From assembly GCA_039621445.1 (NCBI GenBank), contig CP154954.1:31458012-31522011 (forward strand): a stretch of DNA of 64,000 bases, read 5' to 3'. Below the pieces are notes generated by a model. That model worked only from the letters and a program-made list of their open reading frames with translations, made no database searches and was not told the origin of the DNA. This document shows positions 40,501 to 48,214 of this stretch, in pieces. Made by a program: the position numbers and the translations under genes. The stretch comes from Euglena gracilis (taxonomy: Eukaryota). Every line of letters begins with the position of its first letter. Position 1 is the stretch's first letter.

Positions 40501-40619
40501 TGTTGCAAACAGACAGACAGGCAGGCAGGCAGGCAGGCAGATACAAGGCAGGCAGACCAGACAGACAGACAGACAGACAGACAGACGGACGGACGGACGG
40601 ATGGACGGACGGACGGACG

Positions 40620-40650
<31 letters not shown>

Positions 40651-43600
40651 AGACAGACAGACGGACGGACGGGCGGGCGGACAAACAGACAGGCAGGCAG
40701 ACAGAGAGACGTGTATGTAAGTATGCATGTAGGCAGGTATGTATGTAGGCAGGTAGGGAGGTAGGTGGGTAGGAAGGTAGGTAGGTAGGTAGGTAGGTAG
40801 GTAGGTAGGTAGGTAGGTAGGTAGGTGGGTAGGTAGGTAGGTAGGTAGGTAGGTAGGAAGGTAAGTAGGTAGGTAGGAAGGAAGGAAGGAAGGAAGGTAG
40901 GTAAGGTAGGTAGGTGGGTGGGTAGGTAGGTAGGTAGGAAGGTAGGTAGGTAGAAGGAAGGAAGGTAGGTAGGTAGGTACGTAAGGAGGCAGGTAAGAAA
41001 GAAGGTGGGTAGGCAGGTATGTAGGTAGGTAGGGAGGGAGGGAGGTAATAGGGTGGGTGGATAGGAAGGTAAACCCCCAACCCAACCCTCAACCCTCCAA
41101 ATAACACCCCCCGGTGTGTTATTTGTTATTCGAACTGCGGCCCAGGGGGGGGGGGGGTGTTATTTGGGGGGGTATTTTTACATGGAACACCAAAAGAAAA
41201 CAGGGGGTGTGCTATTTAGGCACTCAAAATCGGCCCCCGAGGGGGGGTGTTGTTTGGGAGGGTGTTATTTGGGGGGGGGGGTTAGGCAGGTAGGTAGGTA
41301 GGCAGGTAAGCAGGCAGGCAGGTAGGGTTATATTCAGTAGTAAATCGGGAGGGGGTCATATTTGGGGAGGATATATTCGGGGGACGTTGCTGGAATTTAG
41401 AAGTAGCAGCAGGATTCTGGAGGCCCCCCTCCTGGGGGGAGGCCTTTGAATTTCCAGGGGGGGGGGGTATGGCGGCACCGGGGTCCGACTTCGGGGGAGA
41501 TCGGGTTATTGTTCGGGATAGGGCTAGGGTTACAACAGAATTTAGGCTGAATTTTGGTAAAATTCCGACAAAAGCGCACCCTAAGAGTCTTCCGAAGCAG
41601 GGACCTAACTTGCGACCTAACTCTGCCCTAAATAAGGCTGATTCTCGGCGTGCCGATCCTAACCCTGACCCTATTCCTAAAAATAAAGTGCCAATCATGA
41701 ATGTTTTCACAGAATGATTTGGGGGGCTTAAAAGTGGAGGGTTAGGTTTTGGGGGTTGTTTGAGAGGGACATAAAATGGCAAATCGCAATCTTCGCAACA
41801 ACTCGCAACCTTCAATAACGGCTCACTTTACTGGGAGAATCCCGTAGAAAAAGTGAGCAGCGGTCATGGAGGTGGTGGAGGTGATGGAGCTGCTCCGGGT
41901 GAACGTCCGGGTTGGGGTGGGTGTGGCAGTAGAGGAGCTTGTGATGCTGGTGGTCGTGGTGGGGCTGGCGGTGGCGGTCGTCGTGGACGTGATGGTGGCG
42001 CTGCGGGTGCGCGTGCCCGTGGAGGTCGCGGTGGTGGTGGGGGTGGCTGTAACTGTGGACGTGATGGTGGCGGTGCGGGTGGGGGTGCGTGTGCCTGTGG
42101 GTGTCGCAGTGGCGGTCGAGGTGGCAGTTGTTGTGGACGTTATGGTGGCAGTGCGGGTGCGGGTGGAGGTGCAGGTAGGAGTCGCCGTATTTGAGCGTGT
42201 CATGGTGGTGCTGGGGGTGCTGGTGGTGGTGCTGGTAGGAGTCGCTGTCAGAGGGTTTTTTTGAGATAGGAGAGTTGGTTACCATCTGTCCACCCCCCTG
42301 GAGAGGGGAAGTGTGCTCCAGGGATGTATGGGAAATCCTGAGATCGCCTCCTAACACAGACTGGGGGGGGGGGTCGGACACCCCTCCTATCCAGGGCGTT
42401 GCTTAAGGACCCCCGTGGGGGTTCACCTCAAGCTCAGAGGCTGGAAAATTTGGGCTTTTCTTTTTCTGAAATTTTTGTTATATATTACTTCTCATGTGAA
42501 AAAAAAACGTCCAAAAAATGTGCTTAAATGTGGGGGGAAACAGATTTTTGCAGAAGAAAAATTTTATCCATTTTTAGACCAAATGCACCCCTCCCAACCC
42601 ACACCCACACCACCTCCCTCAATGCTGACGGGCTTCCCAAACATCGCTGGGGGACCCAGTGAGGGGGTAAAAAGGTGGGGTCCAACCCCCTCCCAGTATC
42701 CAAAAGTTAAAAAGGTCTCTGGTCGCCGTATCTGAGGCCGTGAGGGTGGAACTGGGGGTGGTGGTGGAGGTTCGGGTGGGGGTCGCCGTCGTGGTGGGGG
42801 TGGCGGTCGACGTGGCACTTATGGTGGCGCTGCGGGTGAACGTGCCGGTTCTGGTGAAGGTGGCCGTCGTGGTGGGGGACGCCGTTGCGGTGGCGGTGGT
42901 GGTGGAGCTCGGGGTGAGCGTGCTCGTTCGAGTGGGGGTTGCCGTTCCGGTGGGGGTTGCTGTGGAGCTTGAGGTGGCGGTTGCCGTGGGGGTTATGGTA
43001 GCACTGCGGGTGAACGTGCGCGTCCTTGTGGGAGTGGCCGTGGCCGTGGTGGTGGACGTTCTGGTTCTGGTGGTGGTGGCACTGCAGGTGGACGTCCTGG
43101 TTCGGGTGGAGGTTGTGGTTGCAGTTGGGGTGGCGGTCGTTGTGGCTGTTAGGGTGGACGTCCGGCTGCGGGTGGAGGTGCTGGTCGGGGACGCCGTTCT
43201 TGGAGGCAGGGCCGGAGCCGCACCGTTCCGCAACTCGAAAATAGGAAGAAGCAACCCCCTCCTTCAGCTTGATCCTACAAACTGGGGGTTGGGAAATGGG
43301 GGGGAGGGGGTCACAACAGCAGGGTCCAAAGAGAAAAGCAACTCCCCGCTGACAGAACGAGCGTCCATCACATAAGCACCCTTCTGCAGGAAACTCAACC
43401 AGTCATTCAATGGAGACAAGACAATTTGTGGTTGCAGCTGACCTGAAAAAGCAAACTCCAGCATAAAAACAAAGCAAAGCGTCACATTTTCTCTCGACAT
43501 TTTTTTGCTCAAAAAAGCGCTGGCTCATACAGAATGAAGCAGCCAAAAAAAAAAGATACGCAATGTCCAGAACATGCCCCCCCAGCTAAAGGATCGATCC

Positions 43601-45399
43601 ACGACAGCATCCGACAAATGGGGAGGGGGGCGATCTCTCACTCAACAGGTAGTGGGCTTTGGGCATCACCACAATCAAGCAAATGCCAATTTTCGAACCC
43701 CTGAGTGTGCCGTCCGAAGCACTCAAAGGGTTCGTAAGCACCTCTGTGGGGGGAAAAGGTGGCAGGGGGACGGGCACCGCAACACACAGGCTGGACTCCT
43801 GGCCCAGCCCTGGCCGTCGGGGTTGCGGAGACAGTCGGCGAGTTGGTGGCAGTCTCCGATGCGGTGTCCGTTTCCGACGGGGTGGCGGTGGTGGTGGGCG
43901 TCGGAGTCGGGGTGGCTGTGACGGAATGGGTGAGGCCGGCGGAAGGGGGGTATTGGCTGAAGGCTTCAACTGCCCCTGCCGCCTGCCGCTCTCCACCCCG
44001 TCCCCAGCGACAACCGACGCCTACCGCCGCTTTCTGCGCGAGTTCGCACCCCTGTATCCATTGGCAACGTTGGGATTGGGCTGTGGGAGTGGCATTGAGA
44101 TGTGTTTGGGCCGCTGTGAGGCGCGTCGCCCGGTCAGCCCGATATGGTTTCCATGCGATGTTTTGCAGACTTGCGCATTTTGTGTTCAATTTGTTCAAAA
44201 TATTTCTTGAGAAACGTTCTCGATGGCAGTGCGAACAAAAGACCAAGTAATCTTAACGTAGTCTTAGGAAGAGACCACGTTGTAAGGATAAATTAAACCA
44301 AATGTGTCCAAAAATACAAACTGTGTGACAGAACTTGTGGACATCTCGTGATTCGTGTTGTTCCTCGGGGTCAAAGCAAACCATTTACTTTTTGGACGGT
44401 GGCATTTGTACCTTGCAATACCTCCAAATTTGATTAAATTTTTTTGAAAACAGATCTGTTCTCCGCTGTGGCGATTGCCCATTCTTTTCGCCCAGCATTG
44501 CTCCATGCCAGCATGCATGGGCCTAGACGGCCGATATTCGGCCTCCAAGGTACAAAATTCATTTTTGATAATTTGGGCAAAAATTATAAAAACCTTTCAA
44601 TAAAGTTTGTCCTCCGTAGTTGGAGGTTTGAGGATCAATGTGTTTTCTCTTGTTATTTTTGGTAAATTTTCTCTCAGATTGAGATGGACATGAAGCGTAA
44701 TGGGCTGTGTGTCCATGCTTGTGTGGCCTTGCATCCAGGTCTCTGGTGGGATTTCTCAAAGACCTCAGAGGGTCCAGCCAGCCAATAAGCCAGCTGAGGA
44801 GCTCGTGACTGGACCCCTCCCCCCAGAGTCCAGTGTGCTCAGGCGCATGCCGGGCAGGACTGACTGGCAGCAAAAACACCTCCCAATTTCGACTGGTTTG
44901 ACCTAAAAAGCAGCAAAAAAGGACCCCAAAAAATACCAATGCCGACCACTTTTCTAGACATATTTTTCGTCCAGAATTTATTTCGGAACCCCGGGGGCCG
45001 GGGGGGGGGGGGGCATTGGCAGCAGCTGGCTGAGCAAAAGGTGCTCGCTGGGGGCCTCCACCCCCTCCGGCCGCAGAAAATACCTGATCTTTTGGGCTTG
45101 GCTGCTGGGGGAGGCTGCTTGGTCATGAGAAAACTTTGCGGAAATATGAGCTCCGCAAAATGACCTTGAGGATCAAGGTCACTTCCGTGGTTGCAGATTG
45201 ACAATCCGATGTTTCCATCCGAATGCAATGCATACCGATGCAAAGCAGATGTGCTTGGCATATGCCCATGCACGATGAAGAGCCACAGGAATGTGCGGCC
45301 CCCCTCCCCTCCTCTCACGGCCATCGACGGAAGGGGCACACCTTCGGGGCCTGGCATCAGGCACAGCAGCAGGAGGAGCCACAGACTCCACCGCGGCAT
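2038..45399 (-). CDS. Gene 1 (whole model): secreted mucin-like Thr/Pro/Ser/Ala repeat glycoprotein; 22 exons in window, 3' end beyond left edge
   Basis: Exons 5'->3': 45342-45399, 44711-44742, 43816-44129, 42725-43201, 41866-42243, 36718-37045, 36309-36343, 35902-36111, 34719-34872, 34088-34168, 32263-32457, 30725-30870, 25747-25966, 24933-25088, 23368-23378, 16907-17264, 13359-13577, 11738-11953, 10025-10240, 8535-8906, 5296-5667, 2038-2409. Total 4920 nt; phases match at all junctions and the TPSA/TPTG repeat register is usually kept across them. N-terminal signal peptide [17 protein letters not shown]. Confidence 0.85.
5296..5667 (-). CDS. Gene 1 exon 21
   Basis: 372 nt tandem copy. Confidence 0.85.
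8535..8906 (-). CDS. Gene 1 exon 20
   Basis: 372 nt; one of three near-identical tandem copies. Confidence 0.85.
10025..10240 (-). CDS. Gene 1 exon 19
   Basis: 216 nt; CTG-CACCC| and |GCC-CAG. Confidence 0.85.
10338..10450. repeat. (TA)n microsatellite
   Basis: Direct reading. Confidence 0.95.
11738..11953 (-). CDS. Gene 1 exon 18
   Basis: 216 nt; near-identical to 10025-10240. Confidence 0.85.
13359..13577 (-). CDS. Gene 1 exon 17
   Basis: 219 nt; upstream intron ends pair over GGGCGCTGCAAA/TTTGCAGCGCCC. Confidence 0.85.
15388..15807. mobile_element. TIR element, TACCTCCCCCCCTTGTC family
   Basis: TACCTCCCCCCCCCTTGTCTAAG / CTTAGACAAGGGGGGGGGGGAGGTA inverted ends; internal AAAAGATGGGTAAGAACCGGGG repeats; exact termini uncertain. 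Confidence 0.7.
16907..17264 (-). CDS. Gene 1 exon 16
   Basis: 358 nt TPSA/TPTG repeats; begins inside the hAT TSD. Confidence 0.85.
17759..18950 (-). pseudogene. hAT transposase C-terminal part (dimerisation-like region, acidic linker, SAM-like domain), degenerate
   Basis: Resumes VAKKLCQEL after the [12 protein letters not shown] resembles the hAT LP.S.A..ER motif; RSSL...EAVRRW..RR; terminal [37 protein letters not shown] resembles SAM. Confidence 0.65.
18951..19464 (-). mobile_element. Putative 3' LTR of the chromovirus
   Basis: Polypurine tract AGAAAGGGGAG then TG at 19464; ends ...CATTTCA at 18951 where transposase sequence resumes; no second LTR available to confirm. Confidence 0.6.
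19833..21575 (-). mobile_element. Ty3/Gypsy chromovirus pol fragment: integrase (HHCC, DDE) + chromodomain
   Basis: 580-aa ORF with [37 protein letters not shown], and chromodomain [10 protein letters not shown]...[18 protein letters not shown]. Confidence 0.93.
21582..23194 (-). pseudogene. hAT transposase, N-terminal and catalytic part (ZnF_TTF, ZNF862/ZMYM1-like), frameshifted
   Basis: [27 protein letters not shown] zinc finger; IDEVT, VDGAS and CASH(CxxH) motifs; frameshifts in homopolymers near 22900 and 21970; truncated by LTR insertion. Confidence 0.9.
23368..23378 (-). CDS. Gene 1 exon 15: 11-nt microexon (ACC CCA ACC GG)
   Basis: Cut off from exon 16 by the hAT insertion; needed to restore [11 protein letters not shown] and the frame. 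Confidence 0.75.
23876..24500. mobile_element. TIR element, CCCCTTGTCCAACGACC family
   Basis: Inverted ends CCTCCCCCCCCCTTGTCCAACGACC / GGTCGTTGGACAAGGGGGGG..GAGG; TTTTGGCCA-rich interior; relative at ~26595-27156. Confidence 0.7.
24933..25088 (-). CDS. Gene 1 exon 14
   Basis: 156 nt; CTG-CAGCC| and |TCC-CAG. Confidence 0.85.
25747..25966 (-). CDS. Gene 1 exon 13
   Basis: 220 nt; CTG-CCCTC| and |GTC-CAG. Confidence 0.8.
30725..30870 (-). CDS. Gene 1 exon 12
   Basis: 146 nt TPSS/TPTG repeats; CTG-CCCCC| and |GTC-CAG. Confidence 0.82.
32263..32457 (-). CDS. Gene 1 exon 11
   Basis: 195 nt; CTA-CTCCC| and |GCC-CAG. Confidence 0.82.
32527..33013. mobile_element. hAT-type MITE nested in intron 32458-34087
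   Basis: TIR CAGGGTTGGATGGGAAGCC / GGCTTCCCGTCCAACCCTG; degenerate TSD CCCCCGGA/CCCCTGGG. Confidence 0.8.
34088..34168 (-). CDS. Gene 1 exon 10
   Basis: 81 nt [12 protein letters not shown]...; CTG-CGCCC| and |GTT-TAG. Confidence 0.8.
34500..34580. repeat. (CACG)n microsatellite
   Basis: Direct reading. Confidence 0.95.
34719..34872 (-). CDS. Gene 1 exon 9
   Basis: 154 nt; CAG-GCCCC| and |GCC-CAG. Confidence 0.8.
34918..35169. mobile_element. Older CAGG...CCTG MITE nested in intron 34873-35901
   Basis: CAGGCATCTTTTT / AAAAAGAATCCTG ends; TSD not recognisable; similar end near 10700-10720. Confidence 0.55.
35902..36111 (-). CDS. Gene 1 exon 8
   Basis: 210 nt, first TPSA repeats; phase 2 to phase 2. 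Confidence 0.8.
36309..36343 (-). CDS. Gene 1 exon 7 (35-nt, [11 protein letters not shown])
   Basis: Separated from exon 6 by a MITE with perfect 8-bp TSD; lower boundary could alternatively be 36324. Confidence 0.7.
36349..36714. mobile_element. hAT-type MITE forming nonconventional intron 36344-36717
   Basis: Perfect TSD ATCGGTGG (36341-36348; 36715-36722); TIR CATACAACTGCTTA / TAAGCAATTGCCTG; AAAACCAGTCAGTCACT motifs also at ~25170-25430. Confidence 0.9.
36718..37045 (-). CDS. Gene 1 exon 6
   Basis: 328 nt Thr-rich; GCG-GAAGC| and |GAT-CAG. Confidence 0.85.
38090..39055. repeat. C-rich (CACACCCCCC)n tracts flanking a duplicated ~175-bp hairpin-rich unit
   Basis: Unit CTGTTCGGGTGTCATTTTTTTGACTTACTCGGCCTTCGGCC...AGAAAATCCA at ~38440-38618 and ~38690-38858. 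Confidence 0.9.
40508..41065. repeat. Compound (GACA/GACG)n and (GTAG/GAAG)n microsatellite
   Basis: Direct reading; source of the spurious YLPT and QTDR ORFs. Confidence 0.95.
41866..42243 (-). CDS. Gene 1 exon 5
   Basis: 378 nt, [15 protein letters not shown] repeats; CTG-ACAGC| and |GAC-CGC. Confidence 0.85.
42725..43201 (-). CDS. Gene 1 exon 4 (Thr/Arg-rich repeats)
   Basis: 477 nt, phase 2 to phase 2; flanked by CTG-CCTCC| and |GAC-CAG. Confidence 0.85.
43816..44129 (-). CDS. Gene 1 exon 3 (ATRLTAAQ...[34 protein letters not shown])
   Basis: Open frame entering Thr-rich repeats; 3' junction AC|GGCCAGGGCTGG pairs with CCGGCCCTGCCTCC|; 5' boundary less certain. Confidence 0.7.
44711..44742 (-). 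CDS. Gene 1 exon 2 ([11 protein letters not shown]), boundaries tentative
   Basis: CCACCAG| acceptor in phase 1; downstream intron starts ACACAGCCCATTACG and pairs with CATATCGGGCTG near 44135; a longer exon starting near 44852 is an alternative. Confidence 0.45.
45342..45399 (-). CDS. Gene 1 exon 1 (signal peptide [19 protein letters not shown])
   Basis: Hydrophobic signal peptide; ends GAAG|GTGTGC (GTGTG donor); pyrimidine-rich ...CCTGCACAG 9 nt upstream of ATG. Confidence 0.75.
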
Positions 45400-45440
45400 G
45401 GTGGTGGGCTGTGCAGGCGACGCAGGGCACAGATGGACCC
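45400..45440 (-). promoter_or_regulatory. Putative spliced-leader trans-splice acceptor of gene 1
   Basis: Minus strand GTCCATCTGTGCCCTGCGTCGCCTGCACAG|CCCACCACCATG; SL use is inferred from euglenozoan biology. Confidence 0.45.
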
Positions 45441-45496
45441 GCCAGCGCCACCGGGCGGAATCGAAGGGTCCGGCAAAAACGGTGGAGGGGGGCAGC

Positions 45497-45892
45497 CAGG
45501 GTTCGATATAAGGACAGGTGGGGGGGGGGGTCCGGACCCCCCCCTGCGGGCCAGGAGGGGGGGGGGGGGGGGGGGGGCACCCCCCCCCCACCTAAACAGG
45601 TGCGCGGTCTGGGTTTCAGAATTTCGGCCCGGCGCAAAGCGCCGGGCCGAAAATTTTTGACCCCCCAAAACGACCAAAAGTGCCATTTTTGGCACTTTTT
45701 GGGCAAAAATGTGCCAAAAATGCAAAAATTTTCGGCGCAAAGCGCCGGAGGAAAAAAATGACCCTTTTTGGGGGGGGTCCCGGGAACCCCCCCGAGGGTC
45801 GGTCCGGACCCCCCTGCGGGCCAGGGGGGGGGGGGGGGGGGGGGACACCCCCCCCACCTAAACCATGTACGCCCTCCTTATATCAAACCCTG
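45497..45892. mobile_element. hAT-type MITE (TIR CAGGGTTCGATATAAGGA), upstream of gene 1
   Basis: TIRs at both ends; perfect 8-bp TSD GGGGCAGC (45489-45496; 45893-45900). Confidence 0.93.
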
Positions 45893-47276
45893 GGGGCAGC
45901 ACCGAGACAAATCGCATCCATTTTGCTGGCGTTGCATTCTGTTCCCCGGGCAAGTAGTGCTTGGCTTGCTTGGCTTGGAGGGGGGGGGGTGATCACCCAC
46001 CTTGAGGACGTGGGTGGCCAGTCACCAGCTGTGTTATATGGAGTTGCAGATTTAGCTTTGAGCTCAACTCCCAAGCCAAAAATCTGGGAAGTCTTCAATG
46101 AGCCAACCAATACTCCTTTTTCATTGAGAGGAGGGTAGTGGTGGGGGGGGGTGACTTCATGCATGCCCTCATAACGACATAAATGACGTCACCTATGATC
46201 TAGATCGAAGTCTATTTTTTGCAGTAAACCTCCCCCAAATAACTTTGCAGTGCCCTAAAGCTCTGCGTGCCCGAGCAACTTTGTAGGGGGAAGGCCGAAG
46301 AAGATCGGTCCAAATAACTTTGCCTCCCCTTCACAAAGAAAAAAAATGTGAAAAATGATGCATCTTTTGTGGAAATCAGGAGGTGGTAAGCACAAGGAAA
46401 CATCTGAAATGCCATAATATTGAAAAAAGAGAAAGCAAAAAGACTTTTTCAGGGCGAAAAGGAAAGCTTTGGACATACACTGCACCACCCCCCCCTCGGG
46501 TTCGACCCCCTTGTACCCCCCAAATGGCCAAGGGTCCTCATCAGACATGCCGAACCTTCGACACAGACATACCATAGATGCACCATTGTTGCCATTGGCA
46601 TCACACTGATCCAGACAAACCAGGCTGACACAACCAAGCTGACAGAAACACACACATGAAAGGCACCATGGAAGATGGGCTTTGCCCATTTTCGTCTCAT
46701 CACTAACCTCACTTTACACACTTTCTGTACATGCAGAGACAGGGGACAATACATTGTCCTAATATTTGATGAATAGAAGCATTAAATAATTAATAAACAG
46801 CTGACAATAACAAACGTGAACCGTGGCCAATGGCTCCATCGATGGTTTTGTGCCCAAATAAATTTGCAGGGGTTCGGGACAAAAAAGATCCGTCCACTAA
46901 CTTTGCAGGGGGCAAAGCTATTTGGGGGGGGGGGCAAAAAGGCAGGGAAAACAGGTGAGCAAATTTTATGCAATCCTGGTTGGACTCTGTTTGCAGGGGG
47001 GAAAATGACATCCTTTAGTTTTCATTAAGTTTCATACAAATAAATGTCGGCACCGAACCAGGGGGTTGCCTTTGGATAAGTTGGCAATGCCAGGAGGCCA
47101 ACTGCTTAAAAGGCCAGGAAATGAGTACAGAAGGACTGGATGGATGCCCCCCCAAACATCAACCGTTTTAACTTGACTTTCATCTGATAATCCTGTGCAA
47201 AAGACGTTAAGAAAATCCCGTGAAAAAAAAATCCTGTGAACTCTGGAAAAATTGAAAACAAACTGGTGGGAATGGT

Positions 47277-47713
47277 CAGGGTTCGATATAAGGAGAGGGG
47301 GGGGGGGGTGGTCCGGACCCCCCCCCCTGCGGGCCGGGGGGGGGGGGGGGTGGGGGGGACACCCCCCCCCACCTAAACAGTGGTGCGGTCAGGGTGACCG
47401 ATTTTCGGCCCGGCGCGAAGCGCCGGGCCGAAAATATTTGACCCCCCAAAAGGACCAAAAGTGCCATTTTGGGCACTTTTTTGGGCAAAAATTGGCCAAA
47501 AATGCAAAAAATTCTCAGCGCGAAGCGCCGGAGGAAAAAATTGACCCTTTTTGGGGGGGGGGGGTCCCGGGTACCCCCCGAGGGTCGGTCCGGACCCCCC
47601 TTGCAGGTGGGGGGGGGGGGCCGGACCCCCCCTGCGGGCCAGGAGGGGGGGGGGGGGTGGGGGGGACACCCCCCCCACCTAAACCATGTACGCCCTCCTT
47701 ATATCGAACCCTG
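47277..47713. mobile_element. hAT-type MITE, same family as 45497-45892
   Basis: Same TIR and interior; perfect 8-bp TSD GGAATGGT (47269-47276; 47714-47721). Confidence 0.93.
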
Positions 47714-48214
47714 GGAATGGTGAGTGAGGCTAAAACTCTGTATGAGGCAATAATCCAATAGGCCACCTTCCCAAGGCGCAAAATGCCACGGTGCTAAAGC
47801 TAAAAAAACCCAAAGTTCATTCATTCTTCTTTCTTTCAATTTGCGTGGGTTGTCAGTGGGAGGGGTGTTCTTTCCTCTTTGGGCGGAAATAGGCCATCTG
47901 TGGTTCCCGCAGAAGGATGCAAAATAAATGCTTTTCTTTTAATCCCTCGTGCATGTTTCGCCCATGTTGTTTCCTTTTATATAAAAAAAATCGGTTTTTG
48001 AGCTTGTGACAAATTTTGGACCGTTTTCACCATTCTGACAAAAACAAAAAATTGGGACATTCCGACAAAAATTGCAGACTATGAAAAATTATTTCTCCCA
48101 TATATATGTATATATTTTTCCACTCGGAAAAAATAATTTTTTTCTGCAAAAATCTTAGACGGCCGGGAAGGCACTTTTCTTGTTGAGTCACAAAATTTAG
48201 GCAGTTTTAGTGAA

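Noticed and set aside
37768-41107. Pro/His-rich, Gly-rich and YLPT ORFs
   Set aside because: Translations of microsatellite and low-complexity DNA inside an intron
1895-43375. Plus-strand GVPVGVAEG / VAVVV ORFs resembling elastin or articulin
   Set aside because: They are antisense shadows of TPSA/TPTG repeats; the signal peptide, intron polarity (3 nt/5 nt) and phase continuity all support the minus strand
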